Shown in pieces: positions 12,720 to 25,172 of a stretch of 64,000 nucleotides of DNA (positions within the stretch are counted from its first letter, which is position 1; each line of letters starts with the position of its first letter). Under the pieces are notes generated by a model. It was not told where the DNA came from, did not search any database, and was given only the letters and a program-made list of their open reading frames with translations. The DNA is taken from contig OZ024741.1 in NCBI GenBank assembly GCA_964016885.1, forward strand, positions 85,374,001-85,438,000, read 5' to 3'. Made by a program: the position numbers and the translations under genes. Source of the stretch: Eledone cirrhosa (taxonomy: Eukaryota).

Positions 12720-12781
12720 TGGTAAACTACCATAACAGCTTCATCCACAGCTGTGGATGAAGCTGTTATGGTAGTTTACCA
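12720..12781. repeat. Perfect 62-bp palindrome with no loop
   Basis: TGGTAAACTACCATAACAGCTTCATCCACAG|CTGTGGATGAAGCTGTTATGGTAGTTTACCA. Confidence 0.95.
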
Positions 12782-13321
12782 GTAGGTGCTGTCAATGATG
12801 GTGCTGTTCATGCTTTACCAGAGCTGTATGGCTGTTATGGTAAATGTAGCAAAGCTGACAAGAAGATGATGGGTAGGCGAGAAAATGTCGGCCTCCCAGA
12901 TGAATTGCCGGAAGTGCTAGGCAGCCAGGAAAAACTGGCTGGTTGCTTTGAAAAAAAAAAGGCAAGTTGAATCTGTAGGTGAGTAGTAGTTGAAGTGTAA
13001 ATTCCGTAATTCTGGCGAATCCATGGAAGAAATGGTGGAAATGCTGGCAGGTCCAGTTCCATTTGTTGTTTTCCCAGTGAGTCGGGTAAGGTAACAAGAT
13101 GGAGGTTGTTATGCTATAAGATGGTGAGTGTGCAACGAGATGCGAACTGTTTGAATCTAGCTGCAATTAGCATTCTCGTGTTGTGGTGCAGGTGAATTAA
13201 GCTGCATGTGTCGATAGCATGTTTTGGTGTCTCCACAAAGTAAGAAGAGATCTCGCAGAATATTATAACGCTTGAAGATCATTTACTAAGAGACGCTTAA
13301 GTATTCAACAACAATTATATA

Positions 13322-14892
13322 TCTCTATATATATAAAACGGTAGATGTCTGTCTGTGTGTGTGTATGATTTTTATGCATTTCCACATTTCTCTACCGATT
13401 TTGATGAACTTTTTTACAATGTGCTCCAAATTTACCAGGGCAGGTGAACGCGTAATTATTTTTGCTAAAGATTTCCTGCTTCTATGAAAAAATCGATAAA
13501 ACTAAATACATGCTGTAACCCTCTCTTACACGCTTCATTCCTCTCACTACTACCATCAAAATATATGAAACTACATACATGTTACAACTCTCTTTAAAAG
13601 GTTACTGCCTCCGTCTACTACCCTTTACAGTTTAGAACAACGACAAAACTTCTTTTGAAGGAACGCGACACAAACTTTGAAACCTAAGCAACAAAGAGTC
13701 ATAACGACACTCATACATCAAATATCAAAATTTAAAAAGCCGATAACACTAAATACATACTGCTCTCCCAACGTTACATTTTACACACTTACATTTTACA
13801 TCAAACAACAAATATTCAAAAGTAACAGATGAATTTATAAAACAACAAACGTAACAATAACGACGCTTAAGCATTTATTTACATGATTCTCAACAAGGAC
13901 ATTATATTTTATTGTTGTCCTTTTGTAATTTTCTTTCTTTGTTTTTCTCAATATGAGACAAAAAATTGAGAAAACTTTTTTCACGGGATTCTATTCAAAG
14001 TCGGGACAATTATTGCTTTTGGTCAGGAGAAGGTCATGAAGCAAACAAATTTCAAATCAATCAACAATAAGGGCAAAAATCGATCATGATCATTCCCCCT
14101 CTCTATAATTTAACTGCTTTACTCTCTCTGTCGCTCTTCATTCCCTATATGACAACACTGCAGAGAGAGAAACAATGTATATGATCAAATGGAGCGTTCC
14201 GTATATTCCCCCTCTCTATAATTTAACTGCTTTACTCTCTCTGTCGTTCTTCACTCCCTAATTGACAACACTGCAGTGGAGCGTTCCGTATTGGCATACG
14301 GCTTATCTGGGGCATTTTCAATCGGCTTATTGCAAATAACCCGCAAAATAACACTTCATATAACAGATTAATGCTATAGACATATGAATCGGAATGTAAC
14401 CCGTGAACTTTTTCCTGGGCAAAATTATTCGAACAGACATGACCTCATTCCCAGAGTGTTCAGACTGAAACTGGCTGAAACTTTGTTGCCTGTTCCAGCG
14501 TAGGGAGCAGGAATGGACTTTTAGCTTACACTCCTCAAGGGATGACATGCAATATCGTCTACAAAGAGGTGCTATAGATGTTGGTGCAGGTGTTGGAGGT
14601 GTTGGAGCTATGCCGTCTGGAAAACTGGTAGGGTCACCCATAGCGGACAGATCTGACACCCAGCGGCATCAGGGCCACCATCTTGCAACTTTGGTCTACT
14701 AAATTCGCTATTGGAAGATTATTAACCCATCATTGATTTCCAAAATGCTAATTGGTTCGTAACTATTAATAACCCGTTCAACTGTTTTATGCACTTAATT
14801 GATAAGCTTATGTGCTTTCAAGCTACGTTTACCTGTATGTAACTTTTCATAGCAAATGAACAAACCCGAGCAACGCCGGGTCAAACTGCTAG
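13322..14892 (+). mobile_element. Non-autonomous Helitron
   Basis: Starts A|TCTCTATATATATAAAACG and ends CCCGAGCAACGCCGGG-TCAAACTG-CTAG|T. The 5' part is homologous to 52430-52696 (reverse strand). Confidence 0.75.
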
Positions 14893-14922
<30 letters not shown>

Positions 14923-14924
<2 letters not shown>

Positions 14925-15482
14925 AAGAAAACTTTTTTCGCTCTACATGGCTGAATACAATAAATGTAATCTGAGTTTTCGAATATTAATAATAACATTC
15001 GATTCGTTTGCAATTATGCAAACAAGCCTCAATTTTATAGCCATGTCAGTAGAATGAACCCTTCATTCTTGCTCTTGTGTTGACATGTGAACTGAACTGC
15101 AGACACTAATGTTTCTGGGTATCACCCTTCATCAGTACAACTCACTGTTTACCTGCCAAACTGTCAGAGCTAGTGAAAATATATGCTATTTTCAAAAATA
15201 CACAGTGACTGATCGTCCCGATTTGCATACTAGCAGGCTGGCTGATGAGTCAGATCGGCATATTAACAGATCCACTGATCAGCCAGATTTGCATATCAGC
15301 AGACTAGCCAGTCAGTTCCCTGTATACAAGAGCAAGAATTAAGGGTTCATTTTACTGACATGGCTATAAAATTGAGGGTTGTTTGCATAATTGCAAACGA
15401 ATCGAATGTTATTATTAATATTCGAAAACTCAGATTACATTTATTGTATTCAGCCATGTAGAAAGAAAAAAGTTTTCTTTTT
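14923..15482. mobile_element. MITE-like element with ~150-bp terminal inverted repeats
   Basis: 14923-15078 is the reverse complement of ~15325-15482. A related end occurs at 11759-11925. Superfamily unassigned. Confidence 0.6.
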
Positions 15483-15760
15483 TATTTGAATTTGTCAAAG
15501 CCGGCCATTTATCGCTCGTATACGGGAAACTGACTGGCCAGTCTGCTGGAATTAAGTGCAGCAATGGAATAAAGGTATACCCAGAAACGTTTATTGATAC
15601 ACATTTTATAACATAAAAGAAGAAAAACATCCCGGATATGCTTACCAATATGACTGCTATTTCTAGCAGGTTGTGAATCAACCATAAGGGATTCTCTCTG
15701 TGCATTCATTGTTAGTGATGCGCGCGAACACACACACATACATTTATATATAATTATTTT

Positions 15761-15945
15761 GAATTGGCAGTATCGGTAGAGGGTCGGACACCATGCTTTG
15801 ACGCATAGACTTACGGCCCTTGCCATTCTGAGTTCAAATCCCGCCGAGGTTAACTTTGCCTTTCATCCTTACGGGGTCTATAAAATAAAGTACCAGTAAT
15901 GTACTGGGTAATTGCTGGCCTTGTGCCAATAGTAGAAACAATTAT
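15761..15945 (+). mobile_element. tRNA-derived SINE (Nin/Deu-like central domain)
   Basis: A-box-like TGGCAGTATCGG, B-box GAGTTCAAATCCC and central GCCTTTCATCCTTACGGGGTC.ATAAAATAAAGTACCAG; six copies in the window. Confidence 0.75.
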
Positions 15946-15958
15946 TTATATCCATATA

Positions 15959-18900
15959 TCTATTTATTAATTTCAAGAACGTCGGTATTCCGTGTGTCAT
16001 AATTCTCGATTATCATTGGTTCATAGGTTTCAAACGACTCCGCCCACCTCAACGACGCCAAACTCAAATTAATATGCAAAATGCCAATGAGGGAGTGAGA
16101 GGGGAGAGTGTGAACGCTGTGTTCAATAACTATTAACATGAGTGCGCGTATGTTTGTGTGTGTGTGCGTGCGTGCAGCGTTCCATAGAAAGTAAAAACTA
16201 TCAACATGTGTGAGTGTGTGCGTGTGTAAGTTTACGTGCGTGTGTTTGTTTCCATGCGTGTATGTGTGTGGCGTTCCACAATCGCCACGCAGTTTATCTG
16301 TCTGTGTGCCTGTCTGTTAGTCTAACATACACAGAGTTGTGAAGGGAGTAAATAGGGACCTTTCTTTACATTGCCGGACATATTTTATATTTATTATTGT
16401 GTCATTTTTTGACAATTGCTCAAAATGAATACTGATAATAAAAGCAATTCGACTTTATCAAACAGTGAACTACAGCGGCGACGGCGTGCAGCCAGCAATG
16501 AAGAAAAACGGACCGAGCAGCGCCATCGGAACGCCGAACTTCAGAGGCGAAGACGTGCCTCCATGAATGAAGAGGAGCTGGCTGATCAACGCCAACGAAA
16601 CACTGGAGCCAAGCAGCGACGGCGTGCTGCGATGGATGAAGAGGAGCTGGCTGAACAGCGCCAGCGCAATACAGAAGTTCAGGGAATTTTTCGCCAAAGT
16701 GCTCCTCATTCCAGTAAAGAGGCTAGAAGGCGAACGAATAATATTAAAAGTGGATCATGGCAAACGTGTCATTTTCAGATTGGTGGACGAACAGAGTGTC
16801 CACATTGTGGAACATTGCTTTGGAGGTACGAAAAGACGTGGACCACAATGTGCTGTCATAAAGGAGCAGTTCAACTAGAACCCTTGCGAATGCCGGATGA
16901 TGAGGGATCACCGGAGTTTAAAATACTAAGTATGTGGGGTGATAAAGGAGACCGAGGTAGATTACTGCGCAAATATTCGCGACAAATTAACAATTCATTA
17001 GCTTTAGCATCGCAGAGAGTTAGTGAGATGTTTGAAAGTGGATCATGGCAACCGAATGTAGTCATTCAAGGCCGTTTGTATCATTGTATCGGTAATTTAG
17101 AAGTTACCTCAGGAGAGAGGCCTCGATTCGCTCAAATTTATGTTAACGATCCAGATTATAGTGAATCGGAGGAGGATATCAGGATCGGTTGGATGAAGTT
17201 GCCGGGAAATATAACTGAACTTGAACGGCAAAGGTTAAGTGATTTGATCCGTGATTTGTAATCATGGCTTAGACAGTGTAATCCTTATGTTATGGATTTC
17301 ATGTTGGTGGCTGAACTGCAAAATGTTCAGCAGCAAACATTGGTGATTAAGGCTGACGCAGTGCCAAGGAATCAACACGAACGGCGATATAATGCCCCTG
17401 AAGGATTTCGTGAAGTTGCTGTGTTGATGGACGATAAGCCTGGATCGAGAGATATCATTCTCAATCGCAGAGATGGTGGTCTCAAGACTATCAATGAGTC
17501 AAATAGGGCATACGATCCATTGCATTATGTCCTTTTATTCCCAAAAGGTGAAAATGGATGGAACATGTCTGTTCATTTAGATGATCATGAGAATCAACAT
17601 CAACAGGGAGGTGGCAATAGACACAATAATTCGATTCGCGACTTTTACGCATTCCATTTGAACGAGAGGAATCAACAGAGAAATGCGCTATTTCAAGCCA
17701 GCAGATTGTTCCAGGAATACTGTTGTATGGCATTCGCAAAGATCGAAAATCAAAGGCTAAATTATATAGCTACACATCAGCAACATATCAGAGCTGAATT
17801 GTATAATAATATACAGGATGCAATAATAGCCGATCATGCCAATTACAAGCAAATTGGTCGACGCATCATTTTGCCATCGTCGTTCATCGGCGGCCCGAGA
17901 TATATGAACATTTGCTATCAGGATGTAATGGCTATTGTGAGAAAGTTTGGAAAGCCAGATTTGTTTATAACGGTTACATGCAATCCTGAATGGACTGATA
18001 TTAAGGATGCACTTTTGCCAGGACAACAGCCAAAGGACCGTCCTGATATTGTGGCAAGAGTATTCAAAGGATATCTGAAAAAGATAATGGATGATGTAGA
18101 AAGAGAGGCAATCTTTGGAGGTATAGTTGCTTTTACATACGTAATTGAATTCCAAAAAAGAGGATTGCCACATGCACATTTGCTGATCATTTTACATAGA
18201 GATTTCAAATTGAGATGTGCTGAAGATGTCAACAGCATTATGTGTGCTGAACTGCCGGAGAATGAGGCACTACGCAACTTGGTGGCAAAGTCAATGGTGC
18301 ACAACCAATGCGGAGTGGCAAATCGGAAAGCGCCTTGCATGAAAAATGGCCAATGCAGTAAGCACTTTCCGAAATCTTTTGTCACGAACACTTCTTGGAA
18401 CGATGGGGATGCTCATCCCTCATACAGAAGACGGTCGCCTGCAGATGGCGGTTTGGTCGAAAATGTAAACGGTCGACAGGTTACAAATCAATGGGTTGTG
18501 CCATACAATCCATATTTGATTATGAAATATCGTTGTCATATTAATTGAGATATATAAGTTGAGATTCATGACTTTTGGACGGTTTGTAATGTCCATCCAG
18601 CATCTGGTGATGTGTTTTATCTCCGAGTTCTGTTGCATAATGATTTTTCGAGAGGTAAACAGAGCTTCGCTGATTTGAAAACAATCAATGGCGTGGAATA
18701 TGAAACATACCAGGCTGTTTGTCAGCATCTGGGACTCCTTCAGGATGACGCTGAATGGAATAACGCCATGGAAGCTGCAGGAACAACACAGATGCCAGCT
18801 CAAATAAGGCAGTTGTTTGTCACGATTCTAGGATTCTGCAATCCTGCCGATGCAAGAGAGTTATTTGAACGCCATTGGGGAATCATGGCTGATGATTTTA

Positions 18901-21085
18901 GGCATTATCTTCAGGTCGATGATGAAAATTTGATGAAAGCTATTGTTTTGCTCAATATTGAGCAACTGCTTGAAGTTCATTTCAAATGTTTAACAAATTT
19001 CAATTTGCCAATTCCTGATGAAGAAATGCGGCAACGTGTCTTAGCATTGAACATGAGATTGCAGCTTAGACGGTTGCCACTCGATCGGAGGGAACTATTC
19101 CAGTTTGATCCACTGGAACAGCAACGTATTGTGGATGAACGTATGCCAATGTTGACCCAATCTCAGAGAGAATTGGTCGATGGCGTTCTCCACTCGATTT
19201 CCACTAATGAGCAACTTTGCTTTCATAGATGCTCCAGGAGGCACCGGAAAGACATTCTGTTTCAACACTATGTTATCGGCAGTCAGAGCTCAGAGGAAGA
19301 TTGCTCTCCCTGTGGCCACCAGTGGCATCGCTGCCACTTTGCTGAGTGGTGGAAAGACCTTCCACTCATGCTTCAAGGCTCCATTGGCTCCGGATGAGTT
19401 GAGTGTCTGTAACATTACAGGACAAAGTGAACTCGCGGGCCTTATACGCAATACATCTCTGATTATTTGGGACGAGGCTCCAATGGCACACAGATATTTG
19501 CTGGAGGTATTGGACAGAACTTTGAGAGATATCTGCGGTAGTGACCTGCCATTCGGTGGTAAGACTATCGTTCTTGGTGGCGATTTCAGACAGGTGCTAC
19601 CAATTGTTAGGAATGCTCAAAGAGCGCAAATTGTCGATGCATGTCTGAAAAAGTCCCCGTTGTGGCGCCATTTCAGAGTTTTGCGATTACACGATAATAT
19701 GCGACTTCGTATGTTCGGGCAAAACGAAGAGGCTGAGACATATGGCCGATGGTTGATGCAGTTGGGAAACGATGAATTGCCACACGTTGGTGATAATCAG
19801 ACTGTAAGAATCCCAGACCATTTGACCGCCAAGCCTTGATTGGACCGCCAAGCATTGATTGACTGGGTGTTCCCTAATTTGAATGCTTTTTGGCAGAATA
19901 TCTCCTGGATATCGGAACGCGTTATTCTAACTCATACGAATGCAACGGTCGATGAAATAAATTCACAAGTAGCCGGAATGTTTCCTGGAGAGGAATGGTT
20001 GACCGTCAGTGCGGATGCAATGGAGCCTAATCAGCAGAACAATATGGATGTTCCGACTGAGTATCTGAATTCACTTCAAATACCCGGATTTCCCCCACAT
20101 ATTTTGAGGTTGAAAAAGGGTATGCCGATTATATTGCTTAGAAATATCAATCATAAAATGGGTCTTTGCAATGGTACCAGATTGATTGTTGAGAGATTGA
20201 TTAACGGAAGAGTTTTAGAAGTTAAACTCCCAGGCAGAGAGGAATCGGTTCTCATTTCGAGGATCATGCTGAGACCAAGTGAAGATCTGCTGCCATTCAT
20301 TTGACAAAGGAGACAGTTTCCCGTCAATTTGGCCTTCTCCATGACTGTCAACAAGGCACAGGGACAGACTTTCAAGCGAGTCGGTGTATACTTGAATGAT
20401 CCAGCATTTAGCCATGGGCAACTGTATGTTGCTGCATCTCGAGTGTGCGATCCTGATGGTATAACATTTGCAATTGATACCACTAACAGAGGAAAAACCC
20501 TAAATATTGTATATAATGAAGCTTTGAGCTGATGTATGCATATCTTTAATGCTATCAATAAGCGACGTAAATGATTCGGACATTGGTGTCCTTTGATCAG
20601 TATTGTGAGCTTTGACAGAGTTATCATTTATGTTCAATGTCATTTATTGTCGATAATGAGCAATAAAAACCAACAAGTATTGGTAAAAATTGCCTTCAAA
20701 TTTATCGCTTCTGATAACGGTGGTAATAAAACCTCATCATATGCTGAGTCTGGCAAAAAGTGTGGTGCCTATGGCCGGCCAGGGCTAGAGTATTATTGAA
20801 AAACGATTCTATTTTCGAAGTAGAAGGATCCGCCATTTGGAGTTCAAACCAGGCCACTTCCCCGAGTTGAACTCTGGGCAATATTGACTGTCTATTACTC
20901 AGTGGCTAAGACCTGGAAATTACTGAATAAATTTTTGTGTCATATAATTTGTTGTTTTATTATTATAGCTGACCACTTATAGATAAGCATGTTATCCATA
21001 TCCATATTAATTTGGCATTTGTATAACCCATTTCAAGTAAATAGGGACCATTTTTACATTGACGGACATCTTTTATATTAATTAT
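15959..21085 (+). mobile_element. Helitron (autonomous-type, decayed)
   Basis: Contains the RepHel coding region. Putative 5' end TCTATTTATTAAT at 15959; its own 3' hairpin/CTAG was not found, so boundaries are approximate. Confidence 0.7.
16416..20532 (+). pseudogene. Helitron Rep/PIF1-helicase (RepHel), disrupted
   Basis: Rep motifs PDLFITVTCNPEW, VIEFQKRGLPHAH (HUH) and VVPYNP. Helicase motifs APGGTGKT, WDEAPM, GGDFRQVLP, LCNGTRL, KAQGQT and HGQLYVAASRV. Several stops and frameshifts. Confidence 0.93.
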
Positions 21086-21868
21086 CTATATCTATATCTA
21101 CATATAATATAAAAGATTGGAACTTCCATCATCCTTTTGAAAAACGTGGAACAACCACGTCTGTGCAATGATACACGTTTTACAGTCAGGCAGAAGATGA
21201 ACCATCTCCTAGAACACAGGTTCTCAACCCATTTAGGCCAAACGCCCCCTTTTGTCCCTCGAAATCACGAAACGCCCCCCTACCCTATTTTTCCATTTTT
21301 CAATATACTACTGATTTTGATATCTGTAGATTACTAAAAAATTGATTAACAATATTCCAAAGATACCATTGCAGGCAGCTGAGAATATAAATACATTCCT
21401 TGAAAGGGAATATATAAATTTCAAAAAAAGGAACATAAATGTTCTTTTTTATGAATAAGGACCAGTTGAATTTGTTATATTCCCACCAGGTGGTACCAAC
21501 TATTTTGAACATTTATACAAGAGCAACTCTGTCTATCTAAAGAGTGCTCTTATCTGGAAAAAAGTGGCAATTATATCACTTCAAAGCTTTCCAATTTTCC
21601 CTTTAATGAAACAGACAGAATAAATGTTGATATCTAACTTGATGTCCCCTCTGCTTTGTGAGCTTAGAGACCACGGAAGAGGGTTTTCATGACCACGCGA
21701 GAGGGTATATTTATTAGTAAATGGTAAAATATATACAACAAATGGTAGTAGATGGTTTCCAGTCCAGTCAGACTGCAACTACAAATAAAAAAAATTGTTA
21801 GTTTGCTTTGTAACAATAGCATATCTAAGTTTTCGGATAAATCAACTTACTTTAACTTTGACCTCATT

Positions 21869-22930
21869 TCAATGGGACCGTTGAACTTTATGGAGTCTAA
21901 CTAACTCTTTGACGTCAGGCTGGATTTTCGTAAGATGTAGCCGGAGATCTCCACATGTAATTACATTGTAGCGGTTGCGAGCCTTACTGTGCAGTCTGGA
22001 AACAGCACCAAACCTCCTCTTGACTAAGTATGAGCTTGAAAAAGGCAGAACAAATCTCTTAGCCTCTGCATGTAGGTGTGGAAATCGACGCTGAATTTCC
22101 TCTTGCATCCAAAAAGGGGTTCACCTATTTTGGGAAATCTAATTTTGATCATGTCATCTGCTTGAAGTTCAATGAATTCTTCCTGAAATATAACGTCCAA
22201 ATCATCGACGTTAGCTGTGAAGGGATCTGCTACCCACATTGGGATGTCCATCGGGAAAAGGTCGACAAACCGTTCTCTCATGTTGTCTTGTAGCGCACGG
22301 AGGTGAGCGGTATATTTGGAGTTGGTCATTGCTTACAATGTTTTGAACATTGGCGACACTAGGAAAATTATAGAATTCCCGTCAACAAAGATTCCTTTCG
22401 ATGACATTCAATTTGGCCAGGAATGTTTTCACAGCATCCCTTGCTTTAAACAAGGTGATCTTCTTCCCCTGCAAAGCCAAAATGACGCTATTGCATTTGT
22501 CGACGATGTCGGTGAGGTAGGCGCAGTTTTGCCTCTCATCGAGGGTTTTCTTGTACAGTTCTGTGTTGCGTCCTCGCAGAAACTCAATGATAGAGTCAAA
22601 CAGTTCAAAGAAGTGAGTAAGGCACTTGCCCTTTGAAAGCCACCTCACTTCATTATGAAGGAGCAACTTGACGAATTCTTCGTTATTATCTTGGCACAGT
22701 TGCCGGAAAATTCGTTTATTGAGGGAATGCCATTTGATAAAATTGATGACATCAAGGGCCAGCTGCAAGGACTTGCTCAGTGGCTTGCTGAGTTTCTTCA
22801 CAGCCAAGTGTTGTCGATGAATGACACAATGAACAACAAATACAGATAGATTTTCTCTCTTCAGAAGAGTGACGAAACCCTTATGTTGGCCGACCATTGC
22901 TCTAGCGTCGTCCGTAGCACATGATACAAT
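21869..22930 (-). pseudogene. Buster-type hAT transposase, C-terminal half, frameshifted
   Basis: Motifs HCVIHRQHL, EVRWLSKG, PFSSSYL and KARNR, ending in QRSH. Confidence 0.88.
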
Positions 22931-23368
22931 GTGTGTTGTATTTGGTCCTAGATGTATGTATTACCTGCCTGTGTGTTGTAGGTAGTCCTAGATGTATGTA
23001 TTACCTGCTTATGTATTGTATGTGGTCCTAGATGTATGTATTACCTGATTATGTGTTGTATGTGGTCCTAGATGCTTGTATTACCTGATTATGTGTTGTA
23101 TGTGGTCCTAGATGTTTGTATTACCTACTTATGTGTTGTATGTGGTCCTAAATGTATGTATTACTTGCCTGTGTGTTGTATGTGGTCCTAGATGTGTGTG
23201 CTACCTCCTTATGTGTTGCATGTAGTCCAAGATGTGTGTATTACCTGCTTATGTGTTGTATGTGGTCCTAGATGTGTGTATTATGTGTTGTATGTAGTCC
23301 TAGATATGTGTATTATCTGATTATGTGTTGTATGTGGTCCTGGATGTGTGTGCTACCCGCTTCTGTGT
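22930..23368 (+). repeat. ~40-bp minisatellite, about 11 units
   Basis: Unit approximately TGTGTTGTATGTGGTCCTAGATGTGTGTATTACCTGCTTA. Confidence 0.9.
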
Positions 23369-24055
23369 TTTTTTAATTTTTTTATTTGTAATATTATTTA
23401 TACAATAGGTCAATAATTTCAGACAGGAAATACATTGTTATCGGTGAAGGAAAGACAAGATTTTAACTGGCTGCGATTGAAGTGTCCTTGACCCAGTTGA
23501 CTGTTGGGTTTTTCCATTGTTAGGATATCAATTGCCGGTTAATGTCTAAACACGCCTGCACACCTGCTCACAACTGCGGTCAGACCATAGTTATGCTGTC
23601 TGCATGCTCATTCAAATGCATTCACACTGGCTGTCTCAAAGACATACAAATATGGCTTATAAAACTTACCAAAGTAAAGAGCCTTCCAGTGCACTCCAAA
23701 GCCCCCCCCCTAATGCCCCCTTGCTCCCAAACGCCCCCCCTCCTGGATTTCCGAAACGCCCCCTGGGGGTGCATATTCCCCCCCCCCCCCCCGTTGAAAA
23801 CCTTTGTCCTAGAGGTCACTATTCTAGGTGGGAGCACCTAGAATTGTTCATATACTATGCACAAACGGTACAACGAAAAATCTGGTATATCTGGAAGATT
23901 TTTTTTACTGTTTTTTGTATCACACAGACACCACGGACTCGCCTCATACTGTAACCAGACAAACATCCAGTACAGTCATTTTCTCTTTTACCTGTCTTCT
24001 CTTATCATCTTTTTATCCGGGCGAAGCTGGGTACGTCAGCTAGTAATTATCTTTA

Positions 24056-24596
24056 TCTATATATAATGTAAAAGATTGGAACTTGCATCATCCTTTTGAG
24101 AAACGTTGACCAATTACGCCTATGCAATGACACACTCTTTACAGACAGGCAGATGATGAAACATCTCCTAGAGGTTACTATTCTTGGAAGCAATCATCAA
24201 GGAGAAAATGCATTTATTCCCAAAATCTGACTACCAAGCTGTCATTCAAATTCTCAAGACTTCGAGCCAGTTTTGCCTAAGTCCATAAATAAAGTTCAGG
24301 CTCAAATTTTCGAAGTTATAGGATTGAATACAAGGTAATCACTTTTTACCCATGGACAGTTGTATGTGGGTTGTTCACGTGTGGGAACGCCTCTTCATAT
24401 ACTATGCACGAATGGTAAAACGAATCTGGTGTATCCGGAAGACTTTTTATTGTTTTTTTTTTCTTTTGTCACACACACACACCACGGTTTCGCCTCATTC
24501 TGTGAACCAGGCAACGCATCCAGTACAGTCGTTTTCTTTTCTACCTATCTTCTTTTGTCATCTGTTTACTCAGGTGAAGCTGGGTACATCAGCTAG
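24056..24596 (+). mobile_element. Short Helitron derivative (tandem copy) with helicase C-terminal remnant
   Basis: TC start and CTAG end preceded by a hairpin. Encodes degenerate LCNDT and HGQLYVGCSRVG..KTNLVYPE. Confidence 0.75.
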
Positions 24597-24811
24597 TATA
24601 TATATATTTTTTTTCAATGTGGTCTACCCTTCGTGGTAGGGTCCGTAGCGTAGATAGAACTCAATGTAATCCATAGTGAGTAATCCAGTGAAATCCATAG
24701 AAAGGTTCCGTGTCCTGCTGAGTTAATTCCATAGATTGAGTCTGATATTAGATATTAAATTAACAATGAAAATAATAACAACAAAGTCAAGTTATTTCAC
24801 CTATTCATGTC

Positions 24812-24941
24812 ATTGTTTTACGATCGTTTCGGGGGGGGGGTTGATCATGTTGACATATTGACTGAACTATAGCAGTTATATAACTGTATACTATCAGACT
24901 TCATATATAGGTTCGATCAGACTATCTTCTTCGGAAACAAT
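24812..24941 (-). ncRNA. Degenerate hammerhead with long stem II
   Basis: ATTGTTT-CCGAAGA-(~95 nt)-GAAA-CGATCG-TA-AAACAAT: perfect 7-bp stem I and palindromic stem III, but a U4C core change. Confidence 0.45.
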
Positions 24942-25017
24942 ATTGTTTCCGAACAATATATATATATATTATTCAGAATATTAATAAATGAAGACATTCA
25001 CATAATCAAAATATATG

Positions 25018-25079
25018 TTTTATTATATATATTTCGAAGGTACTGTGTTGTTTTTCCAGTACGTCCTCGTCAGATAAAA
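25018..25079 (-). ncRNA. Type I hammerhead ribozyme (family A, diverged copy)
   Basis: TTTTAT-CTGACGA-GGACGTACTG-GAAAAACAACA-CAGTACCTTC-GAAA-TATATA-TA-ATAAAA. The stems are retained while the loop has changed. Confidence 0.8.
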
Positions 25080-25138
25080 TACATGAATTGATGTATGACA
25101 TACCTCAACGTCTTGATGGTTCAATTCCAGTATTGGCA

Positions 25139-25172
<34 letters not shown>

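Larger units (their letters stand above)
21215..23806 (-). mobile_element. hAT transposon of the Buster (ZBED5/ZBED8-like) group
   Basis: TIRs CACAGGTTCTCAAC and GTTGAAAACCTTTG; 8-bp TSD TCCTAGAA/TCCTAGAG with central TA. The empty site is seen at ~24166. Confidence 0.85.
21097..24043 (+). mobile_element. Short Helitron derivative carrying a helicase C-terminal fragment, interrupted by a hAT
   Basis: 5' TCTACATATAATATAAAA; encodes PRLCNDTRFTVRQKMNHLLE; 3' CCGGGCGAAGCTGGG..CTAG|T. Confidence 0.7.

Noticed and set aside
15761-15850. tRNA gene
   Set aside because: A- and B-boxes are present but there is no cloverleaf; these are SINE heads.
22930-23368. CRISPR-like array
   Set aside because: The units are head-to-tail with no unique spacers, there are no cas genes, and the context is eukaryotic.
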